NCBI RefSeq assembly: GCF_000142905.1
Contig: NW_013657650.1
Span: forward strand, 193,388 to 257,387
Length of the DNA stretch: 64,000 bases
From: Thecamonas trahens ATCC 50062
Taxonomy: Eukaryota; Protista; Apusomonadida
Reading direction: 5' to 3'
Position numbers and translations under genes: made by a program. Positions within the stretch are counted from its first letter, which is position 1, and the number at the start of each line of letters is the position of its first letter. This document shows, in pieces, positions 34,243-45,183 of this stretch. The notes beneath the pieces were generated by a model that made no database searches, had not been told where the DNA came from, and worked only from the letters and a program-made list of their open reading frames with translations.

Positions 34243-35854
34243 TTAGAACTTGAGCTCGCGCGGGATCTCCCAAGTAAAGTCGGGGTCGTCGGTCCGGCCA
34301 AAGTGGCCAAAGGCGGCAGTCTTGGAGAAGCGCGGGCGAGTGAGCTCGAGGTCGCGGATGATGCAGCCCGGGCGGAGGTCGAAGTTGTTGTTGATGATCT
34401 CGATGAGCTCCTCGTTCGACTTGGTGGCCGTGCCGTAGGTCTCGATGTGCAGCGAGAGCGGCTGGACCACACCGATGGCGTACGAAACCTGGATGAGGCA
34501 GCGCTTGACAAGGCCGGCAGCCACAAGCGACTTGGCAACCCAGCGAGCAGCGTACGCAGCCGAGCGGTCGACCTTGGACGGGTCCTTGCCCGAGAAGGCG
34601 CCACCGCCGTGGGCACCCCAGCCACCGTACGTGTCGACGATGATCTTGCGGCCGGTGAGGCCGGCGTCACCCATCGGGCCACCGATGACAAAGCGGCCAG
34701 ACGGCTGCAGGTGGTAGATGGTGTTGTCGTCGAGGAACTCGGCCGGGACAACAGCCTTGATCACGTCCTCGGTGAGGCGCTCGCGGATCTCATCGTTGGA
34801 CACGTCCTCAGAGTGCTGCGTCGAGATGACGACAGTGTGCACGCGCTGCGGCACCATCGCGCCGTCGACGTCCTTGTACTCGACAGTAACCTGCGACTTG
34901 CAGTCGGGGCGGAGCCACGCGAGCGTGCCGTTGTTGCGGAGCTCGGACATCTTGGCCACAATCTTGTGCGAGAGCACAAGCGTCAGCGGCATGAGCTCGG
35001 GCGTCTCGTCCGTGGCGTACCCGAACATGATGCCCTGGTCACCGGCGCCGATGTCCTCGGGCGCACGGTTGACGTGCACACCCTGCGCAATGTCGGGCGA
35101 CTGCTCCTCGATGGCAACAAGAACGTTGCACGTCGTGGCGTCAAAGCCCTTGTCCGAGTGGTCGTAACCGATGCGGCGGACAGTGTCGCGGATCACCTTC
35201 TGGTAGTCGACCTTCGACTTGGTCGTAATCTCACCGGCAACCATGATGAGGCCGGTCTTGGAGAGCGTCTCGCACGCCACCATCGACGTCGGGTCGTCAG
35301 CCAGGCACGCGTCGAGCACAGCGTCCGAAACCTGATCGCAGATCTTGTCTGTTCAACCCGCATCACACAAGCCACAAACCAGAGGCAGTGAGTCACACAC
35401 ACAAGAGGAGAGTGTAAAAAAAGGTCGAGCTATGCATCGCTAAAAATATTGCGCAAAAAAATGAAGCCTCCCCTCGCTCGCCCCAACAAAGCCAAATATC
35501 CCCCACCACCACCCTGTTTCTTGCTCCACACCCACGGGAGGATCATTCGCAGCCTTGCTGGTGGGGAGCAGGGAACAAGGCATGTTGGCAGGGGTACATG
35601 TGGTATCTCTGGTGTCTGTGGTGTGTCGTGGCCCTGGTTGCTCGCGATGGGCAGCACTGGTGCCATCGCACGTGGAGGTGCAAGGTGGGCGAGAGAGTGG
35701 CGGTGTGGATGGATCAGACAGTCGCCACAATGGCCAGGCCTCGCCATCCCCCGCCACACAAAGCCCACACACCACCGGCTGGAGACGGATGCGTACCCGG
35801 ATGGCCCTCGCCGACAGACTCGGAGGTGAAGAGGAAGGTGTTCTCAGACGCCAT
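34243..35854 (-). CDS. MAT: S-adenosylmethionine synthetase (MAT); exon 1 35854-35797, intron 35796-35349, exon 2 35348-34243
   Basis: [13 protein letters not shown]|[24 protein letters not shown] and FGHFGR. Confidence 0.97.
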
Positions 35855-36816
35855 GATGAAGGGAGATGAGTGGTGCCCCAAGTTTTCTTCTCGCGACCTT
35901 GCCCCCCTCCGCCCTGCCACCGCAGCAACGGTCAAGGTGCTGTGACCGACTCGTGCTGTCGCCATCAGCCGACCTTGTCGTCAACACTCCCTCACTTCCT
36001 CGTTTGGCCCCCGATGGCTACAGCAATGACATCTCCTTGTAGCTGGGCATGTGCACATGCTTGGCATTACCTTGATCATGTTATCTGTGTATGATCCCAC
36101 TTGAAGCAGCCCAGTAAAGGTCCAACCCTCCCCCGGGTCGCTTTGCGCCACTCTACTTGATGGCACGCGCGGGTTGACATCGAGCTCGCGACGGCTATAT
36201 AGAGGTAAGCTCAGAGCTTGCAACCAAGCCGACGTGTTAGCTATGTTCCCAACTAGTCCGCTCTGGGAGGCTTGGGCTCAAATCTCATGGCCATTGCCCT
36301 CTGTCCATACCCATCTGCTGGGCAACCACCACGTGGTCTCCGCCGGCCGCCTTGCCGTGTGTCGAACGTTTGAACTCAGAACCGCCGCTGCCGCCGCCCC
36401 ACCCGGCTGCCAGCCGGAAGGGCAGGCACGATTGCTGGAACGGTAAGTGGACCGGATCTGGGTACTTGATGGTGATGCGAGCCATGGCAGCCATGACCGA
36501 TCCCCATCTATCGCCGCATGGCTGCTCCCGACCGAGCCGCTCGCCCTGGCTACGTTCTCCCCACTCAGCAGGTCGGCGAGCTCCCACATCCGTCCGCATC
36601 CCGCGATAGCCTCACGCCCCATACTACGCCATCACCAACTCTATTACATGCATATACACCCCTCCTCTTCTCCCGCACTGATGAAGCCACCGTCCCAGAT
36701 CGGGATCGATCGGCTCAACACGTGCGTTCGGTCGGTCACTCCCACATGACACGCGACGACGAGTCGAGCAGGCAGCCGTGGCAGAGACGGGGACACACGA
36801 CGTGTGCACAAGGTGG

Positions 36817-37797
36817 ATGGCGGACGACGGGTGGGAGTCGCTGACTGGCGAGGCCAAGACCACGCTCACGGGCTTCCTTCATGTGCGGACAATGGGTGCG
36901 CTCGGGCGGGCGACGTGGTCCAAGACCTGGCTGGTGGTCGACACAGCTGCCGACACCCTGCATCTGGCCAAGGACGCATCAGCACCACCGCATGAGACGC
37001 TAGTGCTGTCGGACGTGACCAAGGTTGCCCTGTGCGTCGCTGCCGATGTCGCCAAGGCCCGCGATCACGTCTTTACTATCCACGCCGGGGGCGACTCGCC
37101 CATCCACGTCGACGCGAAAGACGAGGCGACCAAGCTGGCCTGGCTCGACTTTCTGGCCGACGCCCTCGACGACGACGTCGTCCTCAAGTACCGCGACACG
37201 CCGCAGTCGGGTGCATCGACCCCGCGCTCGGCCGCAGAATCGTCCGCAGGCCAGCCCGCCAGCGAGCTCTCGGTCTCGTCGTCGTCGATCGGCTACTCGC
37301 CGGCCGACAGCCTTGACAAGCCTGCTCTCGGCGCCACCTTTTGCCAGGAGCCGTCCGGCGCCGTGGCAGGCATGCTGGAGAAGCGTGGCGAGGGCATCCT
37401 CATGACTCCCATCGCCCTGTGGAAGAAGCGCTACTTCCGCCTCCAGGATGGCGTGCTGTCCTGGGCAAAGTCAGACATCGCCGCCCCACGCGGCTCCATC
37501 GCCCTCTACGGGCCCGACGCCCCCGAGTCCATCGACGTCGCTCTGTCGTCGTCTAGCTCTGGTGGTTTTACTATCCGCATCCCGGGCCGCCTCTACGAGA
37601 TGCGTGCCAAGAGCGATCCCGCCGCCGCCGCCGCCTGGGTTGGCGCCATCGAGGCGGCCATCGCCAGTGCCCCCGCCCACGCCGCTGCTGCCTCTTCTGA
37701 TGCCAATGCCAGTGGTGACAACAATGCAGCTGGCCATACGGACGATGCCGACGACAGAGACGACCAAGGCGACGGAGACAATGCCGATGACAGCTGA
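36817..37797 (+). CDS. Tandem PH-domain protein
   Basis: GFLHVR...WSKTWLVV...AWLDFL and GMLEKRG...WKKRYFRL...AWVGAI. Confidence 0.85.
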   Translation: MADDGWESLTGEAKTTLTGFLHVRTMGALGRATWSKTWLVVDTAADTLHLAKDASAPPHETLVLSDVTKVALCVAADVAKARDHVFTIHAGGDSPIHVDAKDEATKLAWLDFLADALDDDVVLKYRDTPQSGASTPRSAAESSAGQPASELSVSSSSIGYSPADSLDKPALGATFCQEPSGAVAGMLEKRGEGILMTPIALWKKRYFRLQDGVLSWAKSDIAAPRGSIALYGPDAPESIDVALSSSSSGGFTIRIPGRLYEMRAKSDPAAAAAWVGAIEAAIASAPAHAAAASSDANASGDNNAAGHTDDADDRDDQGDGDNADDS

Positions 37798-37865
37798 GCA
37801 CGGGCGCTCACATTGGCGCTTGCGCCCACGAGCAACACTGCTCTCTCTTTCCCTCCCTCCCTCTC

Positions 37866-38033
37866 ATGCCGAGACTCTGGCGGTCGCGCTCGCAGACCAA
37901 GGTAAAAGCAAAGTCGCGTCGCTCAGCTGCTCTCTCCAGATCCAAGTCGAGATCCAAGTCAAGACCTCGCCACACCAAGGCTCGCCACCGATCGCACCAC
38001 TCCGCCTCGGCGTCGTCCCCTTCCTCATCCTCA

Positions 38034-38077
<44 letters not shown>

Positions 38078-39731
38078 ATCATCCAAACATCACGGCTCGG
38101 TGGCCGTCCGCGGCTCGGCATCGGCGTCGGCGTCGGCGCTATCGCTGGCCACGCTCACGCTGCCTGCATCGACCGGCAGGCTCTGGGTGGCGGTGACCGT
38201 CACGCTCGGAGCCGAACGGGCATCCTTCGACCTCGCTCTCCCGCTGCGCTACGTGCCACGCAGGCCGCCGTCCAAGTGGCTCGCCTTCCCGCAGGTGGCA
38301 CTCGATGCCGCCAGCTCTGGTGCATGGCGGGAGTGGCTCGACGAGAAGCTGGCGACCGCGCTGGCCGCAGCTCGCGTCGACGACAAGGTCGCCGCTGAGC
38401 TTGTTGACGACCTCGCCGCGGCAGCGCTGCCAGAGAGAGCCACACTCAAGGGCGCGCTGTCACTGTCGGCGCTAGCAGCCGCCCTGCGCAAGGCCGGCAA
38501 GGCGGTGGGGAAAGCGCTCAAGCGGAGCAAGGCCAAGGCCAAGCCGTGGCCCAGCTCGCTATCTGTAGAGCGGGCTTGGATGGCGGTGCCGAGCGCCAGG
38601 AGTGCCAATGCCGGCGACAACGAGCAGGCCGAGGTCCTTGTCACGGCCGCGACCAAGCTCCGCACACTGGTTGCCGTCTTTGACGCCGTCTTTCCCGGCC
38701 CGTGGCGGCCGAGCGAGATCCGGTCGTGGTGGGCAGACGTCGCCGACCGCTCCGGCTACATCACCGACGATCTTGCGGTGGCGTGGTGCGGCGGCTCGAC
38801 GACGGCGTCGAGCTTCTCAGCATGGCGAACCTATGGCCACACTACTGTCTACCCACGCATTGTCGAGCGAATGGCGGCAGCGCGGTCGTCGGTCGCCGAG
38901 CCTGCGGCCTCGCTCGCCTTTCTCAACTTTGCTTGCGCCCGCCAGCGGACCTTCCGCCAGCTAATCAACAGCGTCCGCCTCGAGACGCTGCTTGGCCACT
39001 CGAGCATCCGATTCAATGCCGGCTCACGATTCCGTGGCGAGCGCGGGAGGCAGTGGCTGGCCGCGGTGCCAAAGTTCCGCCTCGCCGCTCCCGCGCCGCC
39101 GCGCCGCGAAGGCAAGGTGCGCAAGATTCGCCTCGAGACACAGGCGATCGACGGATCGTGGTCACGAGTCAAGGCCAAGCATGTGCCTACCATGGTCCGA
39201 AGCGCGCTTGATCTTCTCCCGCTTCACAAGCGTGATAGCGTCCAGGTCTCGCCTGAGAGCCAAGGCGTGTACATGATGGTGGTGCACGTCTCGTCGTCGC
39301 TCGCCAAGGCGCTGTCGTGTCGGGAAGGCCTCGAGCCCGAGTCTGCATCTGCCGTATGGCCGATATTGGTGCGGCGGACGGATCTCGCGCCTGATGCTGT
39401 CTGGGTACCGGGCTGGTACGCGTACGTGGGCATGGCGGCCAAGAGTGCGCTGAGCGCTCGGGTCCGCCAGCACATGGTAGCGTGGTCGGCAGCGCAGACC
39501 ATCGACGTTCTTCTCGCCGTCCAGGACAGAGCCGACGACAACCCGTGGGCGCCGCTGCGGCCTCCGACCTCAGTTGCCATCATCTACGTCTCCTCGGATC
39601 CGGGCGCAGAGAGCAAGGCGATCCGCGACACGACGACCGCGCAGCGGTCGCGGGTTCTCAATCTCGTCTCGCATCGCAGCTCTAGTCAGTCGTGCGCCAG
39701 CGAGACCGCGAGCGAGAGCAGCAGCTCTTGA
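37866..39731 (+). CDS. Hypothetical protein with an RS/Ser-rich N-terminus and a putative C-terminal GIY-YIG nuclease domain
   Basis: 621-codon ORF with GVY ... PGWYAYVG ... RVRQH ... AESKAI ... VLN. Confidence 0.6.
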
Positions 39732-39764
39732 AGACTAGAAGATCAAGACCGTTCAATGCAAGGG

Positions 39765-41110
39765 CTACGCCAGGATATTGTGCAGAGTGGTGGTCCGCGA
39801 GCCGGGACGATGGCTCGTCTTGGGCTTGTGGACCTTGCCGTCGGGCGAGGTGGCTGGCGAGGTGGCATCAGCCCTGGCGCGGGCCTCGTCGACGTTGGCA
39901 AACAGCTCTTCTATGCGGGGAGAGTCGGGGATGAGGTCCGAGGCGGCAGTGACAACCAACGCGCCGTCGCCCTCCGAGTTGTGGACAACAACCGGAACGG
40001 CGCCCCACGGGCCCTCGTGGAGAAAGGCGCGCGAGTCGGCAAACGGGCCGTGCAGGACGCCGTACTGATCCATGACAGCCAAGAGGAGGACCTTGCGGCC
40101 GGCGTCGTGAGCGTCTTCGAGCGCCTTGGCAATCTTGATGACCGGGTTGATGGTCGCGCCGTACTCGAGCGCCTTCGTCTCGCATCCGGTGACTATGCTG
40201 CCGTCGTCAAAGAGCGCGCCGGCGGCGTAGCGGATAGGATGCAGGATGTCGCGGTTGTCGCGCGCGGTCTCGGCGTGGATGGCCTTGAGCATGCGGTAGA
40301 CATCCGAGGTGGCGACGCCCGAGGCGGCGGCCACTGACCCAAGGCGAGCCTCAATGCCCTGAGCGTCACTCCCGTCGTCGTCGTCCGAGTCGTCCGAGTC
40401 GACCGAGAGCGAGCCGGCCCACCACGGAGCAACGGCGGCGGAGAGCGCCTCGGCGGCATTGAGAACCTCGTAGCGCGAGATGCAGCGGTATACCGGCGGG
40501 AAGGGATAGAGCTCACCAACGGTGGTGATGTTGATCTCGCAAGGGACCGGCCCTTCGGGGCTCGGCACGGTGGCGCCCGAGACGAGGACAAGGCGCAGAT
40601 CGAGGCCGGCGACCTCTGTCATGTATTCGCGGCAGAGCATGCCGGGGGTGATGTACCCTTTGCCGTCGCAGGTGATGTAGCCGGCATCGATGGAGTTGTA
40701 GCCCATCTGACGAATGCGCGGGAGCGTCGACCGTTCTGCGCAGATGGAGCCATGGATGTAGCACGTCTCGTTGTTGGTCCCGTCGAGGAGCTGCGGCTGG
40801 CCGTCGGTGTCGGTAAAGGCAAAGACAGCTGCCACCCGAAAGTTGGACTGCACCGGTGGTGTTGCCGCATCGCGCACCGTATACAGCCGTCGAATGCGTC
40901 TTCAAGGGAGGGGAGGAGGTGAGGAGGCGAGGAAGGGAAGGGATGGGAAGCGGGGCAGAGTGGAGGCGGGTTGCGGGTCGCTTGGTGGCGCGCAAAGCGC
41001 AGCGAATGTCCCCACGTTGCAGAGGGGGGGGAGGGGGGCAAGGCGTACTGGTGGTCCTCTGCAGAGAGCGTGTCCCATACAGGGCTTGCAATAGGCATGT
41101 CCTGCGCCAT
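39765..41110 (-). CDS. Two-domain cytidine-deaminase-fold protein; exon 1 41110-41049, intron 41048-40900, exon 2 40899-39765
   Basis: QSNFRVAAV, GTNNE, SICAERS and PGMLCREY. The second domain has YAAGALFDDGSIVTG and ALEYG. The GTACGC...AAG intron is phase 2. Confidence 0.8.
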
Positions 41111-41564
41111 GGCCAGAGGGAGAGTCGAATGTAGCTCGTGTAGAGGCGAAGGCTGTCGGTGGGGATGGCGTGGGGGGGAGGTTGTGCGGGTGAGGCCAGC
41201 GCTCGCTGAGTGGCGGGTGGCGGCAGGGTGGCCGGGTGGGCGGGGGGGGGGGGGGGGCACCGGCGGGTCACAAGCCAACGAAGCAAATTGCGACGTGGCA
41301 GTGCAAGTTTGGGATTGGGAGGTTGGCACCATCAAAATCAGCGTGTATGGTCGCGATGGGTTTCGGCCCGATCATTGGCTCGGATTGGTGGACTGTGTGC
41401 TGGAGGAGGAGGGGGGAGGGGAGGGGAAAGGGGGGGGGGGGGGGGGGGGAGGGGAGGAGGAGGGGAGGGGAAAGGGGAGGGGGACTCGATGGCGGAGGCT
41501 GTAAGTAATCCGTGCTGACGACGGCCCACCCGACTCTTCCCCATTCGCAGGTAGAATCTACAAA

Positions 41565-43331
41565 ATGCGCGCCATTTCGGCTGCTGCGGTGGTTCTGGCC
41601 GTCCTTCTTGCGGCGGCTGCTGTCCCGTGTACGCACCAGTCCCCTTGCTAGTTGCCTCACCTTTTACCCGTACTCCTACCCCAAACCAGTGACTGCCATG
41701 TGTGCTGTGGACGCTTGTGGAGCACTCTGCGTCGCCCACCTCGCCGGCCGTTGGATTGGCCGCCAATGTGACCAACCGCAGCCGGGGAACAGCCTTCCTC
41801 CCGGCAGGGGTCTGGGGAACGTCGCGAACGAGTGTGGAGCAGAAGCGGTAGCCCCCTGCGGACAGAGAGGACCGCGCATGACATGTCAAGGTGGGGGCAG
41901 GGTGTGCGGAAGAGCGCCAGAGCTGACCATGGCGCGGGCTGGGTGAGCCGGGGAGGGCGCTCTTGTTCCCTCCATTGGATGTTCCTGGCCCTCGAGTAGC
42001 ACGTGCGCGCGTGCGGTGGGGATGGTGGGCAGCGGAGAGCTCACAGGCGATGGGGTGTGGCCACGTGTGCAGGCGCGGGCAAGTCGATCTTCTCGGAGGA
42101 TGGGTCTGCGACATGGGCGATTGTGGAGACCATTCCGGAGGGCGTGGATCTGTACTCGGAGTACCACACGTACGAGACCTGGCTGGAGCTCATCCAGAAC
42201 GCAAAGTCGTCGATCCGGATCGGGGCGTTCTACATGGACTTTGCCAACGGAACCAATTACTTGGACTGGGAGGGTGGCAAGGGAGTGGCTGTGCTGGACG
42301 CGCTCATTGCTGCCGGGCGGCGCGGCGTCAAGATCGAGCTCGCGCTCAACGAGCAGGTCGGGGCGGTGCCGTACTCCCCGGACCCGCACATCCTGATGAA
42401 CATGGGCCTCGCCGAGGTCCACTGGGTCAAGTGGTCGCTGGTGGCCAAGTCGGGCATCCTGCACACCAAGCTCATCATGACGGACGACGAGAACATTTAC
42501 CTCGGCTCGGCTAACATTGCGTGGGACTCGATGACGCAGGTCAAGGAGCTCGGGCTGGTCTTCACCAAGTCGCCGCTCATTGTGGGTGACGCGCGCAAGG
42601 TGTGGGACATGTACTGGTACCTTGGCGCCAAGAACACGACATCGCTGCCGGACCCGTGGCCGGCGGCATACAACACGTTCTTCAACGGCGACACGCCGCT
42701 CAACGTCGACATCCAGGGCGACGTCATGGACCTGTTCATCTCGGTCGATCCACTCCAGCTCGCTACGCCCGGCCGCGAGCTCGACCTGACAGCCATCACG
42801 ACGGCCATCAACGACGCCGAGCGGTTTGTCTACTTTTCGATCATGGACTACGGTCCGTTTACGGCGTACGAGCAGAACAACTTTTACTTCCCGGCCCTCG
42901 ACACGGCCTTCCGCGCCGCGCCGTTCAACACCAAGGGCCTCGAGGTCCGCCTGCTGTTTGGCGTGTGGAACCACACCCTGTGCGACGCATACCCGTACCT
43001 CCAGTCGCTGGCCATGCTCAAGAATGTCTCGGTCCGCGTCTTTAAGATCCCCGACCTCCCCATGCCGGTCCAGATCCCGTTCACCCGCGTCGCACACAAC
43101 AAGTACCTGGTCACCGACTCGCACGGCTGGGTCTCGACCCAGAACTCGTTCGCCGACTACTTCCTCACCACCGGCGGCATGTCGTTCAACGTCAAGTCGG
43201 ACGCCGTCGTCGGCGGCCTGGTCGACAAGTTCTTCCGCGACTGGGACTCCAAGTATGCTGAGGATATCTGCATCGGCGTCGACTGCAGCTATCAGTTTGA
43301 GCCGTGCTCATCGAGGCCTATCAACTCGTGA
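41565..43331 (+). CDS. PLD3: PLD3/PLD4-like phospholipase D family protein (lysosomal 5' exonuclease type); exon 1 41565-41628, intron 41629-42072
   Basis: Signal peptide, IVETIPEG, HKD motifs LHTKLIMTD...YLGSAN and AHNKYLVTD, QVKELG and FFRDWDS. Confidence 0.9.
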
Positions 43332-43407
43332 GTTGTGGCGCTCGGTACCCTACCCACACATCAAACAAAGACATCAAGTTACCCCTGCGTTCGTCGAGTG
43401 CTTTTGT

Positions 43408-44625
43408 TCACTTGTTGGATGCCTTCCTAGCCTTCTTGGCTGCCTTGGTGCGTTCCTTGGCGCCGAGCTTGCGGAGCTTGGCGTCTGCGCGCTGGGCCTC
43501 CTCGAGCTCCTTCTTGGCGGCCTGGGAGCCGTCAATGTCGCCCTCGGCGAGGCGGACAATGTCGAGCCGGTAGCGGCAGTCTGAAGGAAGGGGGTAGTCG
43601 ACCCGCTGCTGGCGGAAGGGCTTGAGATTCGGGTTGCGGATGTCCCAGTAGCGCTCGCCGTCAAAGTCGAGCCAGCCCAGCCAAGTGCCGGAGATCTCAC
43701 AAACGCGGTTGGCCGAGGGATCCTCGAGCGAGACGGGACCATTGTAGATGCCGCCCGAGACGTAGTCGGACGGGAGCTTCTTCTTGGAGGAGAACCAGCC
43801 GCCGATGGAGCCGAGGAGGCCTGAGGCGTCCGGGTTAAAGTAGACGACGCCATGGAGACCGTTGGCAACATCCTCAAAAATGGCCTGCTTCTCAAACTCG
43901 ATAATGCGGTCGCCGTAGATGAGGCCGCGGATGGAGATGTGCGGCCAGGTGATGCGGATGGTGGTGCCGTTCTTAAAGGTGATGGACGAAGCGCCGGTCT
44001 GATGACCCTTGACTGAGTTTCCTGAGAAAGATGCGTGCCACTCGCCGGCGCCGTGCATGTGATACGCGTTGTTCGGCCCGAACAGCTCGTAGCCGGAGAC
44101 CGGCGGATGGTGCGAGAACTGCTCACAGAAGATCTGGGTGCCGTCGGCAAAGTGCGCCTCGTAAGTCTCCTGGATGATGGGATTAAACGGCTTGCCCTGT
44201 TTTCCAGCGTTGTGCTCGAGACCCGAAATGGCAAAGGCAATGACCCGCTTCATCTGCTCCAGCGGGGCGAGCTCTGCGGCGCCGTTGAGATAGTACGGGG
44301 CAAGGACCCAGCAGTCGACGATGCGCTCGAGATGCGAACGCGGCTCAAAGAGGCCGACGGGGAGAGTCATGGAGATGAGTGAGACCTGGCCACGGAAGAC
44401 ACCGCCGGCCATGCGCTTGATCATGTCCATGATGACCTTCTTCTGCCGGGCCTTCTCCTCGTCGTTGACCCAGAGGAAGCCGCCAGACTCGGCTGCAAAC
44501 TCGCTCCGCTCGGCCGAGGCCACAAAGCCCGGCGGCGGGCGGAACGTGAGCTCTGTCCCGGGCGCAAGCTCCTTCTCCTCGCGCCATGTCTTGGAGTCTC
44601 CCACAGGGTCGAACACTGCGGCCAT
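43408..44625 (-). CDS. Oxysterol-binding protein-related protein (ORD-only, short type)
   Basis: LPVGLFEPRSHLER, KPFNPIIQETY, EQFSHHPP and LPSDCRYRLD. Confidence 0.93.
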   Translation of the reverse strand: MAAVFDPVGDSKTWREEKELAPGTELTFRPPPGFVASAERSEFAAESGGFLWVNDEEKARQKKVIMDMIKRMAGGVFRGQVSLISMTLPVGLFEPRSHLERIVDCWVLAPYYLNGAAELAPLEQMKRVIAFAISGLEHNAGKQGKPFNPIIQETYEAHFADGTQIFCEQFSHHPPVSGYELFGPNNAYHMHGAGEWHASFSGNSVKGHQTGASSITFKNGTTIRITWPHISIRGLIYGDRIIEFEKQAIFEDVANGLHGVVYFNPDASGLLGSIGGWFSSKKKLPSDYVSGGIYNGPVSLEDPSANRVCEISGTWLGWLDFDGERYWDIRNPNLKPFRQQRVDYPLPSDCRYRLDIVRLAEGDIDGSQAAKKELEEAQRADAKLRKLGAKERTKAAKKARKASNK

Positions 44626-45183
44626 GGTTGGGGNNNNNNNNNNNNNNNNNNNNNNNNNNNNNNNNNNNNNNNNNNNNNNNNNNNNNNNNNNNNNNNNNNN
44701 NNNNNNNNNNNNNNNNNNNNNNNNNNNNNNNNNNNNNNNNNNNNNNNNNNNNNNNNNNNNNNNNNNNNNNNNNNNNNNNNNNNNNNNNNNNNNNNNNNNN
44801 NNNNNNNNNNNNNNNNNNNNNNNNNNNNNNNNNNNNNNNNNNNNNNNNNNNNNNNNNNNNNNNNNNNNNNNNNNNNNNNNNNNNNNNNNNNNNNNNNNNN
44901 NNNNNNNNNNNNNNNNNNNNNNNNNNNNNNNNNNNNNNNNNNNNNNNNNNNNNNNNNNNNNNNNNNNNNNNNNNNNNNNNNNNNNNNNNNNNNNNNNNNN
45001 NNNNNNNNNNNNNNNNNNNNNNNNNNNNNNNNNNNNNNNNNNNNNNNNGGGTGGGGGGAGGAGGGGGAGCGGCCGGCGGCTGTTGGCTATTGGCCATTGG
45101 CTTTGGTGCAGCTCTCGGCCTTGGCTTGGGCATTGGCACTAGCACTGGCACTGGCACTCGACGCGCAGACGGAGGCGGTAGGC

